Positions 7,727 to 21,400 of a stretch of 64,000 nt of DNA are shown here, in pieces. The DNA comes from Macrostomum lignano (taxonomy: Eukaryota): positions 1-64,000 of the forward strand of contig NIVC01003930.1 of assembly GCA_002269645.1 (NCBI GenBank). Direction: 5' to 3'. The position numbers and the translations under genes were made by a program. How positions within the stretch are numbered: the first letter of the stretch is position 1; every line of letters begins with the position of its first letter. The notes below the pieces were generated by a model. That model was not told where the DNA came from. It did no database searches and saw only the letters and a list, made by a program, of their open reading frames with translations.

Positions 7727-10700
7727 CTAGACCAGTCGGATGCGCTTCAGCTGATCGTGGGATGCGGGCGTCAGCGCATAGTGTCCGTAGGGCAGGCTTC
7801 GATTACTGCTAAGCCACACTCGCTTATCCTCCCACACCGATAGGCTTCTTTTCTCCATGACCGACGTGAAGATTTCGTGTTTCTTGGAAACAATCGCTGT
7901 CATGGCAACCATCTGCTCTTGCTTGGACTCGAACGCGTCGACATAGTTCGCATGCGAAATTTGCTGTCTTACTACTGACTGCTTCACGCCTTTGGCAGTT
8001 TTCTTGATCTTTGCACTCGAATTCTCGGCAGGGAGAAACGAATAAAGTTTTGGACGCAAAAGAATCCACTCCTGGTAAATTCCACCAGCAGATTCATCTT
8101 TAACGCAGCCCAGCTTTCCTTTTAACTCTTCAGAGAAATGCGGATGGTCTCGAGAATAGTTGGATGTGTCAAGTATTTTTTCCTCTCTAAGCTTCGGGAT
8201 TACCTCCGATGTTAAATCATGATTCTTGAAAGCTAGAAAAAATGAGTCAGTATCACCTCCGCAAAGCATCATGTCTCTGGAACCGTCTGAATGACAGAAC
8301 AGCGGTCGGAGCCTGTCATATAGTAGGCTGTACATGGCCATCTTAGAGAGATCGAGAACTGCCTGGCCAACGAAAATGGCCTTGTCAAGCGTGACTTTAT
8401 CTTTTTTGAGCTGAAAAATGCTCAACGACTCATTGATAATCGAGAATGCGGCACAGTTTGGTCGAGAGGCGCAAGTTTCTGCTTGAGTCTGGTTAGTGCA
8501 AATTCGAACATCGCATCTTTTTCGAACGTTCTCCATAGTTTTTCCAAAGAGAGAATTGTTTTTCAATTTGTAAAAATCCTTAGCAAACTCGGAAGTTGCC
8601 AAAGCTCTTTTTTCATTGTTGCTGGCAATGTACGGCGCGAAAATATTTTCCTGCTTGAACGAAATCATTTTTTTGACGCACTTGATCCGCATTCCGTGTT
8701 GCAGGTAAAATCTTAAAACGGTGCTGTGAACTACGTAAGAATCCTTGTCGGTACAGGTGAGTAGAAGCTTCTCCGTTGCTTGAAACTTAGCTTCAGCATT
8801 GCCAGTTCGCTGTTCAGCAATCTCTTTCCATAGTTCGGCCATGTACGGCGAGAATTGATCTGGCTGTGGTTTTGATTTTTCAGGTGCAAACGGTAACTCC
8901 TGAGTCGAATCGTGAATCTCAGCTGGGTATTCTAGATCGAGTTGAACAAGGTAGGCGATCTCGGCTTCTGGATTGAGTGACAGAAACCGATTGGAGTCCC
9001 AGAACTGGATTTCCTGTTCCGGTACCCACCTGAATTCCCTGCATGGAAGCGGAAGCGACAGGGCAAAGCCATACAAGTTGTTCATATCGATCGGCATGAG
9101 GCTTACACTCTCTTGCTGATCATCATAACCTGGCAAGCTAGGATTATTACCTTTGACGCAATGCACATTAATGAAGGACATGCCTCCTCGTATTCCCTTC
9201 TCAAACAGATGATACATGTCAGCATCAGTCAGCTGCTCTAGAACCACTCCAGTCGACTTTAGAGCTGAGTCGTAAGACAAACCAGGAGTAGTAAAGTAGT
9301 GTACCGGATCCAATCCGTCCTCTTTCAGACTGGCCTGTCGGAATGTCTCGAAAATGTCAGCCAGCTGCCTTACATCCATTTCAAGATAGGCGAGCATATA
9401 ATCCTTCAAACTTTTGCATTGAAATGCCGCCCATGCCGCTCTTGCTCTATTGTAGTCGTCGTCGGAAATTCCCCTATCGGAAAGTCGATTAAAAAAGCAT
9501 CTTTAGGCGGCAAAACCGACTGCTCGAGAATCTCAAATCCTGTGAGGTAATCATATGGGAAGATCCCTTTTTTTCGAAGTAGCTCTCTTGAAAGATGTGG
9601 TCTTGACTCAAGCATTTGCATTGTCAGCTTGCATTCAGCTTCGGGAAGATTAGCAAACAAATTGGACAAACTTCCCTTCAAAAAGCAGAGCGAGTCGATG
9701 AACTGAATTGTAAACATGATTGGCACAACTTTTCCGTTCTTTACGTAACTTGCAACCGGGAATTCCGCCCTTAGTGACAAGTATCGCTCGGATGATTGCG
9801 GAACAACACTAAGTTTCCAATTTTTCATGCTCCCAAGCGCAGTGGAAAGTAGAAGATGAAGGTCGTAGCCGCCTAAGTTGTGAAAAACCAGGGGCAGAAA
9901 CCGGCGTCGGAGCTGTGCTCGCAGGTTGCATTCTTGACATGCTGCACCTTTGTACTGTCCATTTAAATGATCGTGGTCAAAATGTTTATCTGTAGAACTT
10001 TTAAAGTTCTTCTTGCAGTAGTGACATACCTCAGCAGAATTGAAATCATCCATGACGGTCGCGGATGATCGGTCAGCCGGCTGGTGGCTATGCTTCTGGT
10101 TCCAGTGAAATATATCCTGAGCCAGGCTTTCAAGAGATTTGAGAAAACCAAGGATACACTCATCAGGGTCCGCATTGCAAAAGACCTTGTACATGTCTCC
10201 TTCTGGCCTAAGCGGAGGTCCTGTCATGCCTTCACGAGGCACTGCAAGAAAAGCTGCTGCACATGGTTCATGCTTTGAGATCAGGTTAGCAGGGTCTGTG
10301 TTCGCTCGCAAAATGGCTTCCAGGTCGGCATAGGCAACGAATGGTGGACTGACAGTGTTTTGACAGTTTTGGAACTTTATTTCATTCTGTCCTGGAACTG
10401 GAAGCGTTTCTTTGACAGGATTTTCTGCAGTAATGCTGCATTCGTTCCTGTGCTCTTGAAGCCTCTCGTTGCTATAAAATGATGTTAAACATTTCGTGCA
10501 CCACTTCCTCATGGCGGGACCATTACGACTGTTCATTAACCTGTCAAAATTAGTAATTGCACACCAGTGCTCCGATCCGTAGCTGTCTTCAACCAGCAAA
10601 AGCATGAGGTGTCTTCGGTCATCTGACTCATGCTTGCGGCGACGGAGAAGAGTCACACTGCCCTGCTGCCAAGAGAACGCAGAAATGCAAATTCCTGGAT

Positions 10701-11388
10701 TGTTAGACTCGACGCGATCGATATCAGCGACACTCACTGGCATGGAGATTTCTGCAAAGTCCAGCTCACGCAACCATTCATCGTAAGAGGATATTCTGTT
10801 GGGCGATTTCTGAACTTTCGGATCGGCGCTGTGCAGTGCAGCGAGACAGGCGTACAGGAAACAGTCTTTGCCTGTGCTCGGTGGATTGATAACAGCCTTT
10901 TTGTTCTTCAAACTGGCAGGAAGATTGAATCTAACGGCTCTGCCCTGGCGAAATCGAATTGGATTGTACCTGGCAAGGTTGATGTCTAGAAAATTAATTT
11001 GTTTAATTGTCCAGCCACTGCCGTTCGTATTAATCATACTACAGATCCTCTCCAACTCCTGCTCCTGCTCAATCAACCAGTTGTTTAAACGGCCTGCTTC
11101 ACCACCTAGGTCTAGGGCTTGCATTTTACAGCTTATCCATCTGTCCTCTTCGGCAAGCATCTCCCCATCTCTTATTCGGACCATTCGAATATTCGCCTTT
11201 AGCTGAACTTTGTAATGATGTCTTGAAATTCTTTGCTGAACTGCCTCAATAATTTTGTCTCCAGCTTGGACAAAAAATTCTGACGGAAGCGTGTCTGGGT
11301 GACTCGATCTGAGCCTCAGTATTTCCAGTGATTGATCATAGGCTTGGGCAACTCTGCTGAAGCTGACTGTTGAACCTGGTTTGTGGTT
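7727..11388 (-). CDS. PolB: Protein-primed DNA polymerase B with C2H2 finger and EndoVII-like Zn module (1-nt frameshift at the T-run 9491-9496; true start probably further upstream)
   Basis: Motif A DMNNLYG, motif B KLKNNSLFGK, motif C GDTDS, LRPKLYS; VAYADLE, FHNLGGYD and KGIFPYDY; CHYC..DHDHLNGQYKGAACQECN. The frame stays open upstream of ATG 11184 to ~11388. Confidence 0.95.
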
Positions 11389-11609
11389 TTAGGATAATAT
11401 TTTTGTTTTTTGCTGCCAAAGATACTAAACTAAACGTCTGTACCCAAGCATACATGTACAACCCTACCGGTATAAAGTCTTTTATCTCCCCTTCTCCCAT
11501 TCTTTGGACTAAAATTTTAGACTGCATAATATACATCGCATTGATAAGAAAATTTTTAAGTAAGTTGAAAAGGATAAATAAAGGCACTTACCTTGGTGTG
11601 CATCAGTCA

Positions 11610-11803
11610 CCGACTCGCTGTTGGCTGCTGACTCGCTGCTGGCTGCTGACTCGCTGCTGGCTGCTGACTCGCTGCTGGCTGCTGACTCGCTGCTGGCTGC
11701 CGACTCGCTGCTGGCTGCCGACTCGCTGCTGGCTGCCGACTCGCTGCTGGCTGCCGACTCGCTGCTGGCTGCCGACTCGCTGCTGGCTGCTGACTCGCTG
11801 CTG
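11610..11803. repeat. 18-bp tandem repeat (~10-11 copies; SSESAA on the - strand)
   Basis: gctggctgc(t/c)gactcgct unit. Confidence 0.9.
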
Positions 11804-11819
11804 ACGTCATGGTCCACCC

Positions 11820-12020
11820 AAGGGTGGTCATACTCGATCCACGAGTGGTCATCCTCCATCCACGAGTGGCCATTCTCCATCCATGAGTGGTCATTCTCCA
11901 TCCATCAGTGGTTATTCTCCATCCATGAGTGGTCATTCTCCATCCATGAGTGGTCATTCTCCATCCATGAATGGTCATTCTCCATCCATGAGTGGTCATT
12001 CTCCTGCTCCATCCAGGAGT
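11820..12020. repeat. 21-bp tandem repeat (~8 copies; MENDHSW on the - strand)
   Basis: ccatccatgagtggtcattct unit. Confidence 0.9.
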
Positions 12021-12910
12021 GCTCAACCATAGAAAAGGCAAGCAGTTAAAAGCTGACAGTGTTTACTGGCTGCAACTGAGTGTCATAAGCAACTGGGAGT
12101 GAATATTGGAAATCTTTTTCGTAAGTCTTTATTGCTGCAATACTGGTACAATATCCACACTTACAAGCTAGTAGATGCTGGTTATATTTTTTTGGTTCTC
12201 CCTTAAGCTAGCTCTCTGCATGCATATTCTATTGATCCCTATTCGTAAAAGTTCGTTTCTATTTGCCTCCTACGCAGACTCAATCGGTAAAAAATGCAAA
12301 ATGAAGCCAATAGTTAATTAACAAACCAATCACCGAGTGGAAAAATGCTGACATTATATATATATTTTTAAAAAAAATTATCGAATTCACATGGTGCAAT
12401 CATAGTCAATAAACAATGCATGGAACAATGAATTACAAATACAGACGAGAGTTTAGAAGCAGAAATATAGCTGAAAAGTTCAATAATTAAAGAATGAGGA
12501 AACACCGCGTCAAAGCAGTAGAAAGAAAATTATACCTAATCAATCGCACCAAGCATACGAAACATCACCAATTTATTGAAAGTATGTTATGTTGATTTTA
12601 ATTTGTTAAATTCAACTGTATATGTTTCACCTACTTTTCAAATAATTTTTTTTACCTCGGATACCAAAAAATATTGGTTGCCACTACGAGCTACGAGCTT
12701 TTTTTAAAACTAATTTGGAAATGAAAACTGAAAACTTATAAGCAAGATTCCTAGAAGCGAATACAGAGTTATGAGATGATCAAATCATTAATTAATGTAC
12801 CTACTTTCAACTTTAAAAAGCTAGTTGAAATAAAGTTTTAGCAATAATTGCAATAAATGGGTAGATTTCTCACTCCACACAGAAAGCAAAAAAGTACAAA
12901 AATTGCTTAG

Positions 12911-14663
12911 TCACAGCGGCACAATTCTAATACGATTTTCGAAAATCGTTACCTCGTACCCAGCCCCGCCGACAGGAGGCAGAAAGAAGGCAACTCCAGC
13001 TGGCACGGGTGGAGTTTCGGATTGAGAAGCTGGAATTGTAGAGGCTGCAGCTGGGGCGGCTGGAGCAGCTGGGGCAGCCAGAGCAGCTGGGGCGGCTGGA
13101 GCAGCTGGGGCGGCCAGAGCAGCTGGGGCGGCCAGAGCAGCTGGGGCGGCCAGAGCAGCTGGGGCGGCTGGAGCAGCTGGGGCGGCCAGAGCAGCTGGGG
13201 CGGCTGGAGCAGCTGGGGCGGCCAGAGCAGCTGGGGCGGCCAGAGCAGCTGGGGCGGCCAGAGCAGCTGGGGCGGCCAGAGCAGCTGGGGCGGCCAGAGC
13301 AGCTGGGGCGGCCAGAGCAGCTGGGGCGGCCAGAGCAGCTGGGGGCCAGAGCAGCTGGGGCGGCCAGAGCAGCTGGGGCGGCCAGAGCAGCTGGGGCGGC
13401 CAGAGCAGCTGGGGCGGCCAGAGCAGCTGGGGCGGCCAGAGCAGCTGGGGCGGCCAGAGCAGCTGGGGCGGCCAGAGCAGCTGGGGCGGCCAGAGCAGCT
13501 GGGGCGGCCAGAGCAGCTGGGGCGGCCAGAGCAGCTGGGGCGGCCAGAGCAGCTGGGGCGGCCAGAGCAGCTGGGGCGGCCAGAGCAGCTGGGGCGGCCA
13601 GAGCAGCTGGGGCGGCCAGAGCAGCTGGGGCGGCCAGAGCAGCTGGGGCGGCCAGAGCAGCTGGGGCGGCCAGAGCAGCTGGGGCGGCCAGAGCAGCTGG
13701 GGCGGCCAGAGCAGCTGGGGCGGCCAGAGCAGCTGGGGCGGCCAGAGCAGCTGGGGCGGCCAGAGCAGCTGGGGCGGCCAGAGCAGCTGGGGCGGCCAGA
13801 GCAGCTGGGGCGGCCAGAGCAGCTGGGGCGGCCAGAGCAGCTGGGGCGGCCAGAGCAGCTGGGGCGGCCAGAGCAGCTGGGGCGGCTGGAGCTGCAGGTG
13901 GCACAATTGCATTATGCGACTCATTGTCGCTGCCCTCCTCTTCTAGGATTTCCATTTCGTGGTCGTCTTCAATTAGATGAAGTTGTTTTCCAGCAATCAC
14001 CGGAACCGAAGAGACAGGTTGCTGCTGCTGCTGACCAGCTTTGAATTCCCTGAGGAACTGATCCAGGACATCTTCCTCTATGAAGTTTATGACAGCAGCA
14101 GCCTCGACTCCAGCAGCCTCGACTCCAGCAGCCTCGACTCCAGCGGCCTCAACTCCAGCAGCCTCGACTCCAGCAGCCTCGACTCCAGCAGCCTCGACTC
14201 CAGCAGCCTCGACTCCAGCAGCCTCGACTCCAGCAGCCTCGACTCCAGCAGACAGCTCAACTTCAAATTCTGCAGCTGCTGAAGACCCGCTTGGCCTCAT
14301 CCTCTTCAATGTAGAGTCAATTACTTGACTCAAGTGAGCTGATAGCAGACTCCTGCTGGCTCCTTTTTTCTGCTGGATCTTCTTTTCTCTCTCGTTGCTC
14401 TTTTTGATGGCGCGGATTACTTTCCAGCGGTTACTTTCTTGCTTTTTCTTGTCATCGCTGACGATCCTGTGTCCTCGATGATATGCTGGAATTTTTCCCT
14501 CCTGCAGAGCTTCGACGGTGCCGCACTGGTCGCATGCCAACCAGCATGAGACCAGACAGTTCTCATTCTCGTGGTGTCTTGGGGACACGCCTCCAAGCAG
14601 GCACACTTCGCAGCTTATACAGACCTCATAGAGGTCTCTATGACAACTTTTAAAAGTTTTCAT
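12911..14663 (-). CDS. Polinton accessory protein: Cys/His-rich N-terminus, basic segment, (VEAAG)n, acidic patch, (PAALAA)n, short C-terminal domain; 2-nt loss in one repeat unit at ~13341
   Basis: ATG 14663. CISCEVC..C..C..CDQC cluster. Adding 2 nt at the 16-bp aberrant unit joins ORF 12927-14663 to the C-terminus of ORF 12911-13924 (585 codons). TATATAAG at 14772-14765. Confidence 0.65.
13040..13892. repeat. 18-bp coding minisatellite, ~47 copies
   Basis: gagcagctggggcggcca unit. Confidence 0.95.
14095..14250. repeat. 15-bp coding tandem repeat, ~10 copies
   Basis: gcagcctcgactcca unit. Confidence 0.92.
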
Positions 14664-14959
14664 TTTGAAAGAGAAAGAGTTGTTTTTTAGAAGTAGTAAG
14701 GTTTTTAAAAATCATTTTATACAATTTGTTTTTGTCTATTTGTTTATTTGTACTTGCGTGGCTGCTTATATAGTAATTTGTACATGCATGCCCTCTCCTT
14801 ATCATATCGTATATGAACATCCAGCCATGCTCAGGTAATAATTACTTTACCGTTATAGAGGCCACCGGCTGTAATTAGTGTATCCCCCCGTCCCCTTATC
14901 CAGGTAAGCAACACCAGCCGTCCTCTGTGCAGTTGTAAAACTTTATAACCTTACCCTAA

Positions 14960-15391
14960 CACAGAGCACAGAGATTGGCCACCCCTCTTATCTCTGCAAT
15001 GTTTAGCCGTTCCCAATGCACAGAGATAGGATCCTCTCCGCAGTGTATTTTTCCTATATCCTTTTTGCCGCCTATCTCGCCAGTGCTAGTGCGGCAGTAT
15101 CATGAATCGCCTCCATCTCCGCAGTGCTTAGCCGTCCCCAATGCACAGAGATAGAGCTCATATCTCTGCAGTGCTTAGCCGTCCCCAATGCACAGAGATA
15201 GAGCTCATATCTCTGCAGTGCTTAGCCGTCCCCAATGTACAGAGATAGAGCTCATATCTCTGCAGTGCTTAGCCGTCCCCAATGCACAGAGATAGGGCTC
15301 ATATCTCCGCAGTGTATTTTTCCCTGTACATTTGCATTGCCGCCTATCTCGCCAGTGCTAGTGCGGCAGTATCATAATTCGCCCTACTACT
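14960..15391. repeat. Putative right terminal inverted repeat with 47-bp hairpin-forming subterminal repeats
   Basis: 47-bp units start at 15121, 15168, 15215 and 15262. A ~115-bp block is duplicated (about 14996-15110 and 15262-15382). Ends in CTACTACT. Confidence 0.65.
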
Positions 15392-15617
15392 CCTGTCAAT
15401 GAGACGTCATGGCAGATGTCAGCGAAACGTGTGTTCTCAAATCTCTTCTTCACTTTGTGCAAGTTGACTGTCACTAGAATGCGCACAGCATCTGCATACA
15501 CTTTGGGACGTCATTAATTTAGAGAAACGGTGACTACATATTTGAGTTTAGGGGCCATATGCTTACTAAAAGATCTGAACGCACATAAAAATTTGAAGTT
15601 TTTTACACACTATATAT

Positions 15618-16140
15618 CTACTCCCGCATGAGGATCTACTCCCACCTGAGGATCTACTCCCACCTGAGGATCTACTCCCACCTGAGGATCTAAACCCACC
15701 TGAGGATCTACTCCCACATGAGAATCTAATCCCACATGAGGATCTAATCCCGCATGAGGATCTAATCCCACATGAGGATCTACTCCCACATGTGGATCTA
15801 AACCCACTTGAGGATCTAAAGCCACCTGAGGATCTACTCCCACATGTGGATCTACTCCCAACCAGAGGATCTACTTCCACCTGAGGATATACTCCCATCT
15901 GACCTAATCCCGCATATGAGAATATAATCCCACTCGAAGATCTAATCCGACTCGAAGATCTAATCCCACTCGAGGATCTAATCCCACTCGAGGATCTAAT
16001 CCCACTCGAGGATCTAATCTCACTCGAGGATCTAATCCCACTCGAGGATCTAATCCCGCATGAGGATCTAACCCGCATGAGGATCTAACCCGCATGAGGA
16101 TCTACTCTTGCATAAGGATCCAATCCCCATGAGAATGAGG
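15618..16140. repeat. 18-bp minisatellite (~28 degenerate copies)
   Basis: gaggatctactcccacct / gaggatctaatcccactc units. Confidence 0.9.
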
Positions 16141-16650
16141 ATCCCTGTGTGAATCATACCAACTCGTTCGGCAGTCTCTTAATGCACAGATGTACTTTTC
16201 AAAAGCACTTTTATGCGTTGAAAAGTGTACCACAAATTGATTCATTTGTCGCTACACTAGCAAATTTAAACTTTTCTTCTACAGGACAGGAACAGCAGAG
16301 CTCAGTAGGAATATTTCAAGTCCGGTCAGGTTTAGTCAGTGCGCTCATTTACACACTGAGCAGTGCTAGGCTGACAGCTTGATAAAGTGAGGCAGCTGGG
16401 ACACCGCGAGGTTCTCTTGCACATGCAAATGAGGCAGCAGGGCTGACCTCTGCACGGCCGGCCTCAGCTCATCAATTATATTGCGCGCAGCTGACAGCCC
16501 ACGCTCTCAAACGATACTGCCGACTGTAATCTCTTCCACTGGTGGATTATGGGAGGATATATGCCACTATTTGCAGCCGCGTGCACAGGACTCTCTTTCA
16601 TCAGCAACTTTAGTTTCTCGCTATTTACAAGATAGCCGGTGCATGTTAGT

Positions 16651-18340
<1,690 letters not shown>

Positions 18341-18403
18341 TTTCCAGTATTTGGTTTAAAAATTTATAATGATAGTAACCTAAATATTAGAATTTGCTTT
18401 AAC

Positions 18404-21400
18404 TCAGTTTCGAAATTCAGTATGGAGACTGAAAGTAGCTGACCAACGACAGAAAATAATAACTGGCGCTCCTACTGCATGGTGAATGAGGTTATAAATG
18501 CCTGACCATTCGTGCCTAGTGAACTCAGTTGAGAAATACTCGTACTTTACCCGCTTCTTGACTTTCGAGTAGCTGCAGGTTGGTCCATTGGACACAACGG
18601 GGAGGCAAGTGTCATCCATTCCGCTAGCCCCTGAAGACCCGCAGACAGGCAAAGGTACGAAGTCGGTCAGGGTGGTCCCCCAGTCTGTCCTACAGTGTGG
18701 TCCTCTGGAGAAAAGAGTGTGGCACGTCTTGTTGTCCGGAGGAACTGGATGAGCTGGAGGAACTGGTTAGTTTTACCAGCATCCATCTGTTAATAACATT
18801 CGGGGCAACCGTAGCGAGAATTGTATTTTTTTACGAGCGTAAGAGGTTTAGCTCTTCAAACTGACACAAATAACCTGCCAAAACTCAACCAGCATACATA
18901 TCTTTGAAATTGGTCTTGGTTCATTAAAAACTGATAGCTTTATTGTTGATAATAAAAATACACGTTGCTCGTCACAATCAAATGGCTTTTCACCAGAGAA
19001 GTGTTGATACAAGTGTTGCACATCGCAGCAGAGAAAGCATTATGGAGAAAAGAAGCTCTCGTATAGAAGCGAATTTATTTGGGTCATTCAATTTAAAGCT
19101 ATCATATTTATTAAAGATCGTGTCCTGCACTCAAAGCATCTACGTTGAATAATTAAAAAACGTTGAATATATTGATATTTTGTTTTATTTTGATATTATA
19201 ATAATTTCTTCACGCAAGTTATGACAACACTAGCTATAGCTAAAACTACAAATACTACTCTAATAAAAACTACTAATAGTTGAGTCTGCGTTTTTAAAAA
19301 TGGTTAGCAACAAAATTCACAAAACCTACGGAACCTTGTCTTTCATATTAATTAAAAGCAATAAATACGAAGAATGCGTAAATTTTTTATAATAGCTAAT
19401 GAAAAACTTCTAGAATAATTTTTTAAACATTCAGCTGAATCAGTTATAAAGGTCTTGGGAATAAAAAAGTAATAAAAACTTGAATTAAAAAGTCGGAATA
19501 AAAATGGAAAAGCATATGCATCAAATTCACCGTATAAAAAGTATGATAGTGAAGCAGTGTGTGCTCCCTGCAGTGCGCTTTTCATGATCGAATCAAATCC
19601 CTTTTTGAATTCGAAAAAAACTGCTTAAAGTTTTCATGTACTCGTAGTTGTGTTTTTATCGGTTTTAGACTTAAAATAAAGTATTTTCTGCTGAAACAAA
19701 AGCAAATTCAAAGCTTTTCTACTGGCATTCTTATCGTAATATGTTTTAAGACCGTAATTTAATTTGTTAATTTCATACTTCTATTGTCGATCCTATATAC
19801 TAAAAATTCTGACCTAATTTCGAGATTTCACCTGTAATAAGAGATATTAGGCAGCTCACAATAACTTTTAGTCGTAAGAGTAAAAAGAAACTATCTGTCT
19901 CAGGTAGCCAATAGTTTGCAATCAGCTTGATTACCAACAGTCACTGCTACTTTCTACCTTGGTCAGTTTCAGGTTCCTGCTGGCTCTGCTGTGGCAGACG
20001 TTTCAGGATTTCTAGGATTTCTTGGAGGCTGAGATTCTGAGCGTGCTCAAGTTCCTTAAACTTGCGCTGTAAGTGCGCTAGATCCTCGCTGGTCTCAGAT
20101 TGCACTTGTGCCATGTTGTTCTCAAAATGCGCTTTTAGCTGTTCGAAGTCGCTTCGATTTTTTTCCAATTCTTGAGACAGCCTTGGACGAATCTTACGCA
20201 GTTGTTGAGCTTGGTAACGCAGGTAACGCAGGTATGACTTTTTATATTTTTTCCCGTCTATTACAACCTGTAAGGCAAGAGAAGAAAGCTGAGTGCAATA
20301 AAATAGGAACTGAAATTACAAACCAATTAAATAGGATTTAATTTTATAGCAAACTACCAAATCAGCTCTCACGTCTTGGTTGTCATCTGGATAAATCGAG
20401 GCACTCCTTCCAACGCAGGACCGACACAGTTCAGCACGTCTCTGATACATAAGAAGCAGCTCAAAATATCCCTGTCTCCAAATTCCGATGGCCTTACTGT
20501 GAAGTGTACTCACTCGGAGACTAAACAGAGCGATAAGAAGGTTCACCATTACAATGTTCACCAGCAGAAGAAAGACAAACATCGTGAGATTGCGAAACCA
20601 GGACAGCCCGATGGCGTTTGTCACTGAACCGACTTTCTGGGGAGAGCCGCTTGTAGGAGTGTCGAACTCAAGGCGATCGTAGTTGGTAAACAGCAAGTCA
20701 AACGGCATAGTAAAAATCTGCAGCATGACTCGCCACCAGTAGAATGTGTCCCGAGTTTCGCTCTTCTCCGCAGTGATTGACGGGAACAGCAAATTGAAGA
20801 AGAACACCCCAAAAGACAGGAAAACAATGGCAATGATAGCTAAGAAGGGACCCAAATCTTTGACGATCAAATTCTTCAGTATGACGATGACGGCCCCGGT
20901 TCTTTGCCATGAGCTTAAAAATTCAACAGACCGAAATCCAAAAAAGAGGAACGATGTACTGAAAACAGACTGACACGCGTAAGCAGTGACGTATTCAGAT
21001 TTTCCGAGGATGACCCATTTCCAGACAATGCCAAGCCACAGAAGTAGCAGTGCTATAAAGTCGAACACGTTGTAGACATTTCTCCAGTACATTGAGCACT
21101 TGGTCCTCCTGCTGCTGCAATAAAGTATTTTGTTTGGCGGAAGCGAGAGTAAATCAATCAATTCGAGCACAAAAAACAGCAGCGCGAATGCTGTCAAAAT
21201 TACATCAGAAGCCAACGAATCGAATGTCCTCCTAAAGTCGGTAATGAACCAGGCAAAATATAGCATGAATAGTATGTAGATAGCTAAGCTAAATGCAAAG
21301 TGAGTCCTTGTACTTCCACAGATCTTTGACTTTTTCCACTCTTCTTCAGCCAGTTTGTAGATGCAGTCTGTGGCGTACAGATCTTCGCATTCAGCAATTT

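Larger units (their letters stand above)
1..15391. mobile_element. Polinton/Maverick (adintovirus-like) element, EndoVII-type pPolB; left end lies outside the window
   Basis: Complete core gene set: INT, penton, MCP, protease, A32-like ATPase, pPolB. Subterminal repeat block at 14960-15382. Terminal CTACTACT at 15384-15391 (reverse complement of the typical AGTAGTAG end). Left TIR and TSD are not visible. Confidence 0.95.

Noticed and set aside
11610-15391. Regular repeat blocks resembling a CRISPR array
   Set aside because: Units are head-to-tail with no unique spacers, there are no cas genes, and the context is eukaryotic.
15392-15435. Hammerhead/Penelope-like tgagacgtc..gatgtc..gaaac next to the Polinton end
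   Set aside because: The core is too degenerate and stems I/III cannot be built.
15566-16095. GSRSSG/VGVDPQ repeat ORFs
   Set aside because: 18-bp minisatellite with no unique coding flanks.
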